63,455 nt of DNA, filler included, from Choristocarpus tenellus KU-1152 (GCA_964200185.2; 8 parts of 8 records of this genome joined end to end with filler, not necessarily neighbours in it); one strand, 5' to 3'; counted from the first letter of the whole stretch, positions 36,701 to 50,682 are shown. Numbers and translations: made by a program. The notes: a model not told the origin generated them from the letters alone.

Positions 36701-39700
36701 AACACAAAGTCAAGACTAGATTCTTGTGAGTCAAAATATGGTACACCAAATATAACCTTGGTGTACATTATAGATTTTATAAAACATACTTTGTGCACAG
36801 TAGCTATACAATTACTTGCTTACATCCACAAACAAAATGAAAAAGAACGATTCTGAGAAAATCCATGTCACCCCTCTGGTTATGTCAGCACACTAATCTA
36901 AATTGTTAACTTTGGGTGACTCTTAGTGCAGGTGCAGTTACCACACTAAGAACAAATGTTGAAAGGTAAGAATGACACCCACACCTCTACACCCTTCTGT
37001 ACCATCTTCATCCTCAAGAAAGATTACTCTTATATCCATGGAGAGATTGAGAGCTCACCAAGGTTGTCTGTGCCGAATCCCCATGTGAACACCTGACCTG
37101 CTGAGGACAGTGCTACATTGTGGTACTTGGCCGCTGAGACATCAATGATGTTTACTCGGGCATCATGTGTTTGCCACCGTACTGATGAATCACGCTCAAT
37201 CCCAGACTTGGTGTTGTTGAAATTCACTCGGTTGGGGAAATGACTCCCATGCCCCCACTGGTACACCTCATTTGTTGGTCTTCTTCCCAAGCCTTTGTCA
37301 ATACCATGTGCAACCACCACGGTGCTGTTAGCTGCTGCTGATATCTGGTGTCAAGAAAGTTTACCCAACGGGTAAAAATTCATGCAAGGTGAGCAGTCAG
37401 CTGTCAAGTACACAAATGTGTCAATGCAAGATGTTGAACTTGTATCACCAACAATGAAAACACCACTAACGAGTCTTGACCATTTGCATCAACTCATCCA
37501 GCAGATACTCATAAAAAGGTCCTCCATTTGTTTTGAGCAAGGTATCAAGTAGAGCTAAAAAATCGGAGATTTCTGTCTAATGAAATTGAAGTATTGGTGG
37601 CGAAGAGTCACACTTTGTAACCGCTTTTTTTCTGTGCTTCTTCCTTGTCAGAAATTGACAGCACTCAGGAGAAGTGGGTGGTGTAATGTGGGAGGTATCG
37701 CATAGTGGCTAGCACCCAGTTCCCAGCACCTGACCAACACCATTTATATTATAATGGAGGATGTGAGTAGTGAGGCAATGGGACCTTGCTGTGTGGTTGT
37801 TGGATGCCACTACACACAACTGGAGGACAGGTCATGTTTATGTAAGGGATGCAGGAAGATGCTGCAAACCTACGTGTGCAGACAGTAAAAAAGAGCTGTT
37901 TATCAACCCCATCATGCCCCTTTTCCTGCCGGAAATAGCAACAAAGTACAAGTGTCCCCATTTTTTTTTGTCTCTGGTGGGATCCCCTAAATAACTCAAG
38001 GACCTTTTAATGCCGACCCCAATTCCTTCCAAGCGAATCAGCCTCTCCGTAACCCATTATTGTATAATAGTTAGTTGCATTAAAAACACTTCATCAGGAA
38101 GGTTGAAAAAAATAGCCCAACCATTGTTTTTCGAGTGTATTCTCTAGACATCTTCTTCCCCCAATGGTTTGGGGTTATGTTTTTCACATGTGGGCTCTCT
38201 ATCCCTTCTTTTCTTCTCTTTATACATATTTTTTCTTTTATGCTTACTGCCCTTTCTCAAGCACTTTACATTGCCCTCTTTGGACTTTTTGACTCCAGGT
38301 CTAGGAACCCTCAAATATGAATTTTGATTGTAACAATAGCAACAAATATAGGTACACGACTCTCTTCCACCCCCCCCCAAAAATGATACAATTGAAACAT
38401 TCAGTACACAAAATTAGAGTATAGATGTAAGAGCCAGGGGTGAATGGAAATTTTCTTGATACTTTTACACAATGTCATTTTAGGAGTGTCAGGGAACGCT
38501 CCCTATGATAATAATTCTCAAAACCATGCTTTTAGAGCAATGGCGACAGGTTGTACAATTACCTGAAGTACCACAGAATGAAGCTATATTGATGACAGAG
38601 GTATCAATGAGTCGTACCAAGTGGTGTTCAAGTTGTTCGCCTATACGATTGTATGGACAACTGCATGGAAGTCCTCTCTGTTTTGACCCGTATAGTTGTG
38701 TCTGATGGATTGCTGTCATTGACATATCTATCATGTCCCACTCTTCACGAAAAGTCATGATCGTCACGATTGATTGATGATTGATGATTCATGTCTTAGC
38801 TTTAGTCACCCCAGCCATCAGAATATTTGGTTCTGAGTGGTGTTAATAGCAACCCTCCCCCCCAACAAATCTGTGTATGGTAGTGAAGAAGTTACTATGT
38901 AGAAATTACAACAATATGAAAATATTAATTCATACATCCTTTTTTTTATGATAGTTGATTCCTAGAACCATTTCCAAGGTGAAAGAGATTATAACATGAG
39001 TAATTGACATACATTATTAATTAACAAAAAATCGAGTTGAGGACTGACTTGACCATAACTTTCCTCACAAGTACCACCTCTAATACCTACGACATGCTAC
39101 CTTTCACACAATGTGGAGTTGCCATCTACTGAATTCGGTAACTGAAATTGTAACGAACTTATTGGGAGCAAATGTGGTCAATGCAAGGTTGTCCCATGAA
39201 TCTAACCTGGCTGAGGGATAGAGTGTCCACCCTCTGATTCCGACCAAGCCCATCCAGATCACGACCGTTCACACAAAGTGGAGTTTTTAGTAGATTAATG
39301 TGTTACATGTCAGATGTGGCAACAAGCTTTCTGCAACATGATGTCGTCAACGTGTTGAAAGGTGAAGACCATAGGAGATAACACTTGCAATACAAGTTCA
39401 CACCCCCAAACAATAACAGAGAGACAGAGGTGAGGAGTGTTGTCTGTCCGATATCCAATTCTGTTGTTTAACCCATCATCCGTCATCTTTACCTATAACT
39501 CGCATCAGGATGTAGCTGTTCGGTGTCTTACATCATACTTACTCCCTTAGTCCTACCTTGATCGATGCTGTTATTGCAGTGATCAATACGCAGACGTCGC
39601 AAGGATGAAATCTGATATGTCTTGATCCCGGTTTATTGTACCTTCCATGTCCAAAGTTGTCCCTTATCATAACTCATCCACCACGATATTATTTCCACTC

Positions 39701-42700
39701 TTTGTGCCCATCATTACATCATTACATCATTACATCACTACATCATTACATCACTACATCACTACACACAGGTAGAAGTTATTTCGGTTTGTCGGAACTT
39801 GATGGACGTAGGTGTCAAATGGATCCAAACCATATTACACTATTGACACAATGACGGGACCAGAATGAGTTCCAGCAGCGACCTTCCATGACTATGATGG
39901 AGGGGCTGATGTTACAGCCCTCTCACGTGAAGAGGATGCAAATTCTCAGATTGAACCTACTGACATGGGAACAATTGGTCACGTTCTCCTACCATAATTA
40001 TGTGCCCACCCCTCTATTGACATGGAATGAGTTCTTTCCTGTGACAATGCTAACCATGATGAAAGAGGAAATGCTCCTAGTCAGAGACGGGGGTGTGTGT
40101 GTATGTGTCCGGGTAAAAAAGGGAGGGGTTATGCAATGGAGAAATTGTGCCAAGCTGTACAATAGTGGGAGGTCTTTGTATGGGTAGCAGGAGGGCAGGT
40201 CTGTGCCACAAGGAGGGGCTGTGCCTGTGTATGTAGAAAACAGAACGCATAACTGTCTGCTGATGTCAACAAAGGCATTAAACCAGAGTCCTTCCAGCCA
40301 ACAAAACTACAAATTACATTCCGAACCATCATCCACCTAACAATACACAACAAAATGTTGGACTACTGGTAGAAAGGAAGAGGGGACAGCAGCAGTTGTG
40401 TGATGATAGTTGCTAGTTGCAACTATCCACAGCTTCAGTTCTAGTGAAAGCTACAACTATCCATTTAATGAAAAGCTTCTTTCACTAGACACACCTTGAT
40501 AATTTTCTGTCTCGCCATGCCACTTCCACGGGATGCTGTGCTGGTGAGGGCAGAGACTATTTTTGGGGTTATTGTCTGAGCCGTTCCATCATACCCCAAC
40601 TGACGGTGATTGTTACGTCCCCAGGTGTAAACCTGAAGATGGGAATGGAGATGATAAAATTATCCTTACAGAATGTAAGACATGTTTTGAGGTACACAAA
40701 CTAAACCAAGCAAATGAAATTCGATTTTTCACTTGTAACCCTTTGTCCGCTTGGTGTTTGGTACATTCTTTAGTACATTCTTGTAGGGGTCAGGACTTAA
40801 AGGGTGTAAAAAAACCCATAATGGACAAGTACTACTACCAACAACATAGTATGTCAAAATTGCGTAACCTGTAGGTGCGCTAGTGCATAGACCATCACGA
40901 TTATCCTTACACACTTAGCTGTATGCCAGTATGGCTTAGGTCAGGGGTGATTATTGACATGAGGCTCAAAGTGTGAGCAATACATCAACACATTTGGATT
41001 TCCTGATTAGCCATTCCCCAATAAGAATGTTAAAGGCTGTTATTGAGAGCATCAAGTTGTAATTGCACACTAATGACTCCAACCACTTAGTGTATTGTAT
41101 ATTGTATAAATTATGCTACATCATGATCTAGAATACGTGTATTTCTCAAAGGGTATGGTTGATTGTGTGATGTATACGCAGAACTGCACAAACATGGATC
41201 AACCTCTGGAAGGTAATCTCACAATTAGTTCAACCACATACCTAAATATCATGTTGTGACTAAACCATGTCAGCACCCTTTACAGACAGTACAATCAAAT
41301 GTATATGTAACACCTCAGCTATATATTCATCGATTAGTAAGCTGGGCATCACCACTCACATCAGCAGTGATTGACCACTTAACCATTACAATACCTGTTG
41401 CATCCAGCTCTACATGTAACAACTCCACCACAGCCAAGTTCAAGTATTATTTGATACTGTACCCTGTACCCATGGTCAAGGGGTTCACTCAATCATGGTA
41501 TGTGATGCATGATGTTGATGTGTAAGTACACAATACTTTAGAACATTTTGATTTCTCCATCTGTACGTGGCAAAACAGGTCCGCACACAATTATTCCTAT
41601 TCCTCCAAACTAATGATAGGAACAATAAAGCTAAGGTTCAAAGTTTACTAGGAACAATTCTAACCCAGGTGTATCAGAACACTAAATTAAACACTTGCAA
41701 GTATTCTCATTGCAACTCAGAGCTTATGTAGTGCATATAATCAATTGTAACCACTGAAGTGTATATTCTACAGCTTGAATCTTGTGCTTCAGTCACCACT
41801 TTATTATTTTGAACAAGGCTCCTTTTAGCACATGCCATTTGTCTACTCTTTGTCCTCTTAAGGGCAAAGCACCACACCCATCAAGAACCATTTTGGAGTA
41901 CAACTAAAAAAATTGAATGCCCCTTTTCCCCACTGTTTCAGGTGTAAAACAGAACCCTTATTCTAATGACTGGTAACTTCAATGTCACTACTTGTATACA
42001 TTCCCCTTTCAGAATATTGCCAAACAGTGTTACACCTACCAGGTTAAAATACCAGGCAGAAGTGTGAATTGCTGATGACATGCAGTGCATGGTACCTTAA
42101 GCTATGGAAGTGACGATGAGGTCACGGTAGAAATACTTTGAAAATAGTAAGAATGCCTGGGGGGGTGCCCCTCAAAGTTTTGTGCAGTAAGTCATATTGA
42201 GCTCCCTCACGTGAAATGGAACTTGTGTAACCCACATCTCCGGCACTTCTCTATTGAAACTGGAAAAGGCCTGCACACAACAGTTGGTAGCACACATTAA
42301 AGAGTGTTGTGCTCAAATTCTACACCAACCAAATAACCAAAGTCAGTCTGATTTTCCATTCATCACAGTAAATTAAGAGGCAGTACCAACTACTTTATAA
42401 CTGCGTAAGCTCGTACAACAGCACCCCAAATATAGTGGGCATTGGATTGTGACTTATGATGCTTGCTACTTCCTGCTGAGTTTTGTATATCAACTAAACA
42501 CACCCGGAAGTTTGGAAATGATGATTGACTCATGGCAAGAAAATGCATAGAGGGAAATTGAGGGGATGAGCTCACCATTCCCTGACTAGTGACGGCAGCA
42601 GTATGTCCAGCTCCAGTTGCCACTTGGACAACATTAACCTTTCGGAGACCCTCTACCCGCTTTGGGGATAGTCTTACACCTGTAACTGTTGCCGAAACAC

Positions 42701-44535
42701 GCCCCACATTTCCACCGTGACTGCCACCATGTCCAAGCTGAATGTAACACAGAAGACATGTTGGAGTGTGCAAGCAATGGGGTAAATCTGCTAATCTAAT
42801 GGGCATGATCTATTATAAACACCTCTTTCACCACTTCGGTAAAACATTGAAAACGTCCATCTCTTCAGCTCTTACTACTTGTATAATTGTTGTAAATGAC
42901 TATGCATGTCAGGGAATGTTGCCCCGACTAATTTTTACTGATCAGGGTTGTCACTAACATTACACTGTTGATTTCAATATGGGGGGAAATTGTATTGGCG
43001 CATAGGGTACTGTACTCTTTGTCAGCACAGCAGGCATCACTTAGTGGAAGTACTGTACTCTTTACATCTGGTGCGCATAGAAATCAAGTAAGAGTTGTAT
43101 TAGGTCTAGAATTTGATACCTAATAGAACCTTTGTAATGTAACCTTACTTGACCTCTTCAGATACCATGCATTCAGACTTCACTGCTTTGAACTACAGAG
43201 CACCCCAGCACAGATCTCTGCCTCATCACTACTAGGCACGAGATTTTCTTATGCTATTTCAGGAATAGTTAGTTACCTCCGTGGATTCCGTTATTGAAAT
43301 ATGTAGTTGATGTTTGGTATTATTCAAACACAGGAGGTTTGGCCTCTAATACACACTCATGGCAACACAGTAATGATCATACCTGTCCAAAGCGGTTGCT
43401 TCCCCATGTATATAGCAACCCATCAGATGTAAGTGCAACAGTGTGATTTTCCGCGGCAGCCACTCCGACTGCCATCTTGTGGGACAAACCTTCCACCAAG
43501 GTAGGTAAAATACGAACACCCTCATCCCCGTGGCCCAGACGACCGCTTCGGCCATGACCCCACGTAAATACTTTCCCACCAAGGGTAACAGCTACAGAGT
43601 GATACCTGCAAATAGGTTAAGATAGAATCGCATGGGCTTCCAGAATCAACCCTTTGCAGGGAAATCAGCACGACTCTCCTCATAAACTTGCTATTCCACT
43701 TGCAAATGCGACAGGTTTACCTTGATGCTGCCACGCACACAACCTGAAGATTAGCGAGGCTTTCAACCCTCCTGGGTCGGATCACATCTGATGCATTGGG
43801 AAGGTCGTAGCCGAGGAAAAAGTCAGCTTTGCCGAATGAATAAACATCTCCGCCATGTCCTGCCGTGGTGGCTGTCGCCAGGTTCGACCGCAACTGCAAT
43901 GATAAGACATCTAGGGCGCTGTTGCCGTCGTTATCCCTGAATCCACACCTTGCTCTAGTCACCGCCCTGCCATTTCCGTTGAAATCGCGTAGTGTCGAGT
44001 GAGAACGGTGCCGGGTACCACTCTTCACAGAGGGGTCGAGCGCCTCGTCATCGGAGCAGTCTCCAAGAACCGCTCCATTCTCCAACAGATGAAGCGATAC
44101 CCTTAAATGCCCAGAGTACAGGCTGCGATGAAGAGGGGTCCAGCCCGACTCCCAGTCTTTGACGTGCACATCCGCCCCAATGTCGAGTAGAATCTACGAT
44201 ACAGCATTTGGAGGGAGATATACATTCGGCCAATTAGCCAGATACACCAAGACCAGATTTAGTTCATCCATCAGGCTCACACTACCTCAAGGAGAAGGCT
44301 GGGGTTCAAGTGACAGATGGGTTTTGACCCTACATTGCAGTAGTAAATACTAACAATCAGGCAACCCCAGCACCTGCACGACGAATTCCAGTCCTAGTCC
44401 AGCAGCCAAGAGCAGAGGAGTTTCTCCGAGGTCGTTTCGCTCATTGACCGACACACCCCCGCCTGGGCTACAAATAAGGTCTCGAATAACCTCAATGTCC
44501 TCCCTTCGAACAGCATCCCAAATGTCTCTTGTCAT
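30768..44535 (-). CDS. Ankyrin + RCC1 repeat protein, IBTK-like, about 1384 aa, 14 exons: 44374-44535, 43721-44193, 43383-43605, 42576-42737, 40495-40632, 37059-37344, 36090-36325, 35283-35807, 34973-35080, 34659-34829, 34091-34498, 33902-33990, 33153-33489, 30768-31604
   Basis: Ankyrin motifs GETPLLLAA and DWESGWTPLHRSLYSGHL. RCC1 blades VFTWGHGRSGRLGHG, LYTWGSNRFGQLGHG, VYTWGRNNHRQLGY, VFTWGFG, LFTWGS..LGHG. BACK-like LKQLCEVVLAREVDLRNAPSILAYADVLDAPALASFCAEFVRQNLD; RSLKKKIARIAELE coil; C2H2 finger CEAC..HLRGKRH. Summed exon length is 4155 nt, in frame to the TGA. Confidence 0.85.
39709..39766. repeat. 8-bp microsatellite (catcatta/catcacta)n, intronic
   Basis: About seven tandem units visible. 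Confidence 0.85.
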
Positions 44536-47500
44536 AGTGTGGAATGTAGTGGCCAACTCAGGAATCTGGAGCATGCATGTTGCAAGGTCGAGTCAATGTT
44601 GACAACCAAAAAACTAGTGCCAGGATTTCGGCAAGCACCTATCGACTACAGCACCTGCTCGGTCCTGAAGAGCAGTAGGTTGGATTTGTTGGGATGTGCA
44701 ACCAAGGTGGATCACAGACAGGTGTTCAAATGAGAAAGGTTGTTCAAGTTTTTGCAACGTACTTGCTCCTCCGGTGGGATATTCAATATAAGGTACTTAC
44801 TTTGCATCATTCAATATTCAATAGGAAAACTCAAAAAAATAAAGAAATACTAACCACCAAATTAAGACTGTCAGAAATTTCACAAGAAACATCTGACATG
44901 TCCACTAAGAACGTTCGAACCTTGGTATGAATGGCAACAACAATTGCAATGTTCGAACCTTGGGAGTGAATAGCAAAAATGGAGTGAGGCATGTGACAGT
45001 ACTGACGAAACGGGCTTGGGCTTGTGGATACCATGTCCTCGAGGTCCAAGAAACAAACTCAGGAGGAAAATCTGAACTACAACTCTCCGAGCAAACTACA
45101 TTAAGTTTTTCAGTGGGGGTAAATATAGCAAAAGTAACAATGGAGTGAGATAATTGGAAGGAATCGATTTTGAATCAGAACCGACTATTAGGTACAAGCA
45201 CTTCGGAAAAAGAATGATGAAGGTTCAGTTTCTGATGGCAGACTTGATGGTTTAACTGGGATTAACTTCGTTGTGAGATACGCCCCAAAAAGAAGAAGCC
45301 TCAGAAATAGTCAGGACACTTTCTAAGAGGAGCTGCGCCCTGTGATGCAGTTGACCCCCGCCACAGAAACAAGCTTTCTGTCCTGATGAATGTTGACACC
45401 TACTCTGGACGGAGAGGTAAGTAAGGGAGGGGGGGATCACCTCCATAGGATGTATAGCTCCAGTCCACAGACCTATAGAAAATGCTGATGATCGTGGAAG
45501 CCTCTCAGGATACTTCAGCAGTTCAGATGTCCGACACGCTTCAGGTTAGTCGAACAGGAGGTACTCCTCATTTTTAAAATCAATGGATAAATTGAATCAA
45601 ATATAAAAAGTGATTAGAGGGCTGTTACTAAGGGGTGCAAATTATTTATTTTATTATCATTAGCGTTTTATTTTGTTTTAGCTAACAGAAGCTGGAATAT
45701 ATCTGAAAACCGTTGCGACATTCCCAAGTTACAGATCTTATTCTGCAACCTTTAGCAAATCGGAGTTCCTTTTTATAAGGTTCCCCGCACGTGTATACTG
45801 CACTTGTTAGAACACAGGAAGAAATACTCGCACCATTCGCCTGTAACACTTGGGCAACCATGGGGGGATGGGGGATGGTAGGGTGCATTCAATCTTGCCA
45901 ACAGATTTGGATCACCTTCATCATGTCAGTATTGGTCTGTCTAATTGGTTGATTTGCTCCCCACTGCAAGATGCCGATGCTTTTAATCCAACAAGCTCTG
46001 GTGTCTTTCGACCCTTGAGTACTGAATTGGTGAGGGTGATTCCTGAAAAGTTCAACAAAAAAACTAGTGATAACCAAGGATACAGCAGGTGCAACTACAA
46101 ATGCCATCAGCATGACAGCTTTGTACACAGTCCATTTGCTAAAAGCTGGTTCGGATGTACTGTCAACTCCCACACGAAGAAAGGTGTTGCCAGGAGGGTG
46201 GAGTGTAAGTGACCAAGCTCAAGCACTTGAAGCTTCTTGGAGACCTAGGAGGAGCAGGAACAGGCGTTTTAACAACAGTGTACAGACTCTCAGAAGGACA
46301 ATTTGAAAAAGGTTCACCTTACAGGAGGTCCTTGACACCTACAACAGAAAACCGTTTCAATGTGGGGATCAAGTTGATTTCTACACCCTGAAAGGGTTCG
46401 ATATGAAGAGCAGACAGAGTGTCACTGGAAGGCTTCTGAGATAATAAAGACTCGTCATGGATAAATGGGTTAACATATTTCAGTGTTTGTAAATGACAAG
46501 TGTGTCAACCTCAACCTCGATATTTCTTAAGCCCTCGACCAAGGATCCACTTGCACGGCACTCACTAATGCACCAACACTTGTAGAAGAGACCGGAGCAA
46601 TCTGGTCCATGGAAAATGAGAAGGCAATAGGACCAGATAGTCCCAGCTGAGATCTTGAAAATTAGCCTCAATGAGGACGAGATTTGTCCTCCAGTTTCCA
46701 CAATTTTTTGTTGGCTGTGTAGGACCAGGGATGTGCCTCACGTGTGGAAAGATGAAATCATACAAGTGCTCCAAAACAAGCATAGACAAATTGTGGTAGC
46801 TACAGAGGCATCTCATTGGTGGCATACACTGACAAAAGTACTTCTCAATGTTGTTTACAACAACTGCACCTTGCCTGGGACGGGAGAACATACAACAGAG
46901 AAGTTTCTGACCTCAGAGTTGCATAGTAGACATTATGTACAACCAAAAGGAGATCAGTTGGGAAAGTATGTACCTCTGATAATTTGTTCTATTGATCTAC
47001 AAATTATTTACTTCTCTGTTGACGTAATCTCCTTTGGGCTGTGCTTGCATAGTTCCAAGTTTTAGAAGTTTATCCTCCATCATCTGTAAATTCCATGATG
47101 GAATGGAGTCATGCATCTTCGTGGATGATGAAGTGTGCATGGTTTATGGTTTGAGGTCAGACAAGGCCTACGGCAAGGGTGAGGTCTTGCCCCCACCCTG
47201 TCCAGCATTTTATTCACTGTAGTGATAAGAATAGCGGTTTAGGAATTCCACACTAACCCGATCATCTCCAATGATCTTGTTGTCATCAAGTAGCTGCCCC
47301 AAGCAACTAGATCAGAGAAGGGGTAGCAAGAGGGACTGAGGAAACACTTGGGGGTCGCCTGTAATGTTAACAATGGGACAATGTATCAAGGCCCAAGGAA
47401 CTTTGGCCAGAATGATGACAGTGATTGTCAACGCGACCAGGTCATTTGTACTGACCGTGTGCCTGAGCTGAAGAGGCATACCATTTGTCTTCAATGTCCC

Positions 47501-47559
47501 GACAAGGCTACAGACATTTTACAGATCAGGGTTTCGTCCAGAGGTACAAATGGGCAATT

Positions 47560-49135
47560 TTGTTTACCTTGGAGCATCAGTCCTGAAAAGGTTATAACCA
47601 CGAGGGTCAAAAGAACTCTCATAGTGGGAGCGCTTTCGTGGCTCAGCTGCAACAGCAGCTACACTATTGTTGGTGGATGAGTTGGGCAGATGGGAGGCTG
47701 CTTGCACTTCTGCAGACGTAACATCTAGGAGGAGGCCTTTGTCTTGGTAGGGGGCTGATCTGGCGTCTGCAAGTGCCCCAGCATGGAAGACCACATCCAT
47801 ACGGAAATTTCGGTCCACTGTGAATGGGCTACCTTACTCCATAGTGTAAGGGACGCTCATTTCTTTGCAGAGTTGGCCTAGACGCTTCACTAGTGGTGTG
47901 TGTTGGCACATTTGTTCTCCTGCCCTAGGGCAGGTACGTGCATGTCTAGTGTCCATATTTTGCCTCCTGCACCCAGCCACTGGGCACCTGCTGGATAGAG
48001 CCTCCTCCCCCCCTAGGGATCTGCTGGCAGTGAGGCTAAACTTTATGCAAGGAATCTGGCATACTGGTTTTAGGGGTTATGTGGAGGCCCATGCTTCTGG
48101 CCCCTGCCCACACTGGCTCTGGTGGTGGGCTAGGGCTAGCGAGGAACTTTTCTTCCCTTTTACCGCTTCATCAGGTAAGGCGGCCAATTGCGCCCGGAAA
48201 GAGTTGAAGCGGATCCTGTTTAGGAGGCGAGTGATCTCGTGTTGTGCCCTCCTTGTGATTCTGCCATCATGGCTACCAGAGTGTGGACCTCTGGGGCTGG
48301 TGCGGGGGTTGTTGTTCCCCCCCAGGCTACCCAGCCTTAGCCAATAATTTCCGCCAAGTCTTCTGAAGGGACTCCTGTAGAGAGGAGGGTGTGGATGAAT
48401 GATCCAACAGCTCTTACTGTGGGGCTCTCCATGAGGCCTTTGTTGCCTTGCTAAAAGGGTGTGGGGAAAGTTACTACCAGTGATCCTTCAAAGACTGTGT
48501 GCTGGCGATGCTTCATAGAGGATAGGCTCAACGCCCCCAAACTTGTGGGCATTTGTGCCTGTACTTGTTGGTATGTCTCCAGACGAAGAGATCCATTATC
48601 ACACTCCTTTTCAAAGAAGTCAGTGACTCCCGCTGAGTCTGCTACTTCCATTATCTTCTCCAGCTTCTACAGTGAGGTATTGTCTGCTTGCTCCATGGTG
48701 GAGCATGCCAGGTAGGGGGGAGTGAACCTTGTCAAATAGCCTAAACGAGAAGAGAGGGACCAGGAGTTGAGGAACCAGGCAACTAGTTTGTCCTCCATCT
48801 CACTGAGGTGTGTGGCCAGCATCCGTGATCCAGAGCTCTCGATCACCTCAGCCGTGTGGGCTTGGATAAATCCATCTGTTCCCACTGGAGCCTCCAATAT
48901 AACAAAACCATTTGGGTTCTGACCCAGGTTGATACCCCCTGTAGCCAGAAGTTCCAGTTCTGAGGGTGTGGGTTGGTGTCCCTTGGGAGGTGTAGCAAAG
49001 TTCTTGTCCATGTTGAGGGCAATGCCTACCTCGTGTAGATCAGTTTTCAGCTGCTCGAAAGCAGCAATCGTGGTGTGGTTGATCTCCCTGCATGAAGGGA
49101 AAGGGGAATTGTAAAAAAGTGGTGGTGACATCCCC
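47560..49135 (-). mobile_element. 5'-truncated, degenerate RLE-type (CRE-like) non-LTR retrotransposon: RT C-terminus, CCHC finger, restriction-like endonuclease
   Basis: RT tail LHEVGIALNMDK...GFVILEAPVGTDGFI, then QAQMPTSLGALSL, then zinc finger CPVAGC..DTRHARTCPRAG..QHTPLV, then endonuclease RMDVV...LLLDVT...RKRSHY. The order is canonical for RLE elements; the frame is interrupted by stops and frameshifts. Confidence 0.82.
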
Positions 49136-49557
49136 TCGTACCATCTTGCCTAGTCGAACAGTCAGAACTTTTGCTACAGGTTATTATCATAGTAAAATAG
49201 TAAATAGATGATTGAAAAATGGCTTTTGCATTTGCGACACATGCTGTACTTTTTCGGGGGTTGTTCTGATATTAAATTGACTCTTCATTGTTTTTCCCCT
49301 GACACATCTACAAAATGTCAGAGGGCATAATAACAAAATACTAAAATATAGGTGGTTTTCAAAGAGTAAAGAGATTTGAGAGAGATTCCTTTCACATTTA
49401 CGACAAGTGTCAGGGACAGGTTCCTTTTTGGGATCGCCGACACACACTGTATGCGGTCAGATACAATTGCGCGCGCCAAACACGTCATTTGAGCTCATCC
49501 ATACCGACTGGTCCAAGTAACAGGCCTTTTCCATGAGATCGGGATTTGACCAAACAG

Positions 49558-49657
49558 NNNNNNNNNNNNNNNNNNNNNNNNNNNNNNNNNNNNNNNNNNN
49601 NTTAATTAATTAANNNNNNNNNNNNNNNNNNNNNNNNNNNNNNNNNNNNNNNNNNNN
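49558..49657. other. Artificial contig linker
   Basis: N44-TTAATTAATTAA-N44. Confidence 0.98.
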
Positions 49658-49693
49658 AACGGACGCCGACACCCCCCCGCAGATACTTTGACC
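49658..49693. mobile_element. Terminal fragment of the small TIR element, at a contig start
   Basis: ggacgccgacacccccccgcagatactttgacc resembles the reverse complement of the left terminus at 22766 and 63237. Confidence 0.6.
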
Positions 49694-50313
49694 CTGGTGG
49701 GTATTGGATAACCTGGAATCGGAGAAAGGAGAGTAGTTATCAGCTCCCTTTTCGAAGACATCGAGAGACCATTCAAGAGACACTAACGATCTGATGCGAG
49801 AGGAATGGCAATGTGACGTTATTGTTCAGACAGAGTTGAATGCCTGGTGTACGTATGGATTTCCAGACAATTTGACAATAGGGGTGCATAGTCCTGATCT
49901 TTCGATTAATGCTATTGTGAACCTTTCGCGATGATGCAGTGGCAGATCGATAGATGGGTTAAGTCTGAGAGATATAGTAGCAGAGTGAGGCAAAGTGGTA
50001 CTAATCGGGGAAGACAATTAATCATTGGTACAAAGGGTTAATCAATAAATTTTGGGGAGCGAAAGATAGAAGGGCATGACACATATTTGAGTGTTACAGG
50101 GGTCATAGACACACAAGGGGGTTGGTGCTAGAAGGCTAGGCATGTTCAAGGAGTTTTTAACTGGATATAGCCAACGGGATTTCAATATGGAAAAGTGAAG
50201 AAATAAAGGAAGAATCCAAAAAATGTGTAATCCTACCTTTTGACGCCTTGGAAGGAGGTGACGCTAGGACAGAAGGGGAAGAATATTTCAAATTATCTTG
50301 CAGCCAAATTTCC

Positions 50314-50682
50314 AGAGGAGGGATTGCTGACAGCACTCTGGCCAAATATGAAAGGTCAGAGGAAATTAAAGGAACTTGACTCAAAAGAGTGAAGGAGAGG
50401 ATAAAATAGTTGAGGCATTTCAGAGTTTATAGCAAGTGTTATGAGCAAGGAGCAAGCAAAGACCCAACAGCAAGGAGCAAGCAAAGACCCAACAGCAAGG
50501 AGGAAACTTGCGGCTCTGAAGTACATGCATAAAATATTATCGAGATGGAAGCTACCAATGAGTCATTTCATTTTGTAAGAAATGCTGAAAGTATAGCAAA
50601 GCAACATGGATTTCATGCTTTGGGACAAGGAAGATTGAGGAGATCTTTAACATTGAAATTGTTGAAAAAGGGGGAAGAGTTA
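50314..50682 (+). mobile_element. Relic of a tyrosine recombinase N-terminal region (DIRS/Ngaro-type retroelement)
   Basis: Broken frames read GIADSTLAKYE ... RKLAALKYMHKILSRWKLPMSHFIL*EMLK/IAKQHG...RLRRSLTLKLL. This follows the ST..Y / KLAA..Y.H / KGI.R.H / R.PLT pattern of retroelement YR core-binding domains. Confidence 0.5.

Noticed and set aside
39205-42270. Alternative candidate exons in IBTK-like introns (near 39205-39275 and 42170-42270)
   Set aside because: The 42270 candidate has an in-frame stop and the 39205 candidate lacks a good acceptor. Exon 40495-40632 alone completes the RCC1 repeat.
45250-47500. Possible degenerate LTR-retrotransposon integrase on the minus strand (FSKW...ELFR..., APYHP)
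   Set aside because: Only faint motif echoes in different frames, with no LTRs or PBS found; needs a profile search.
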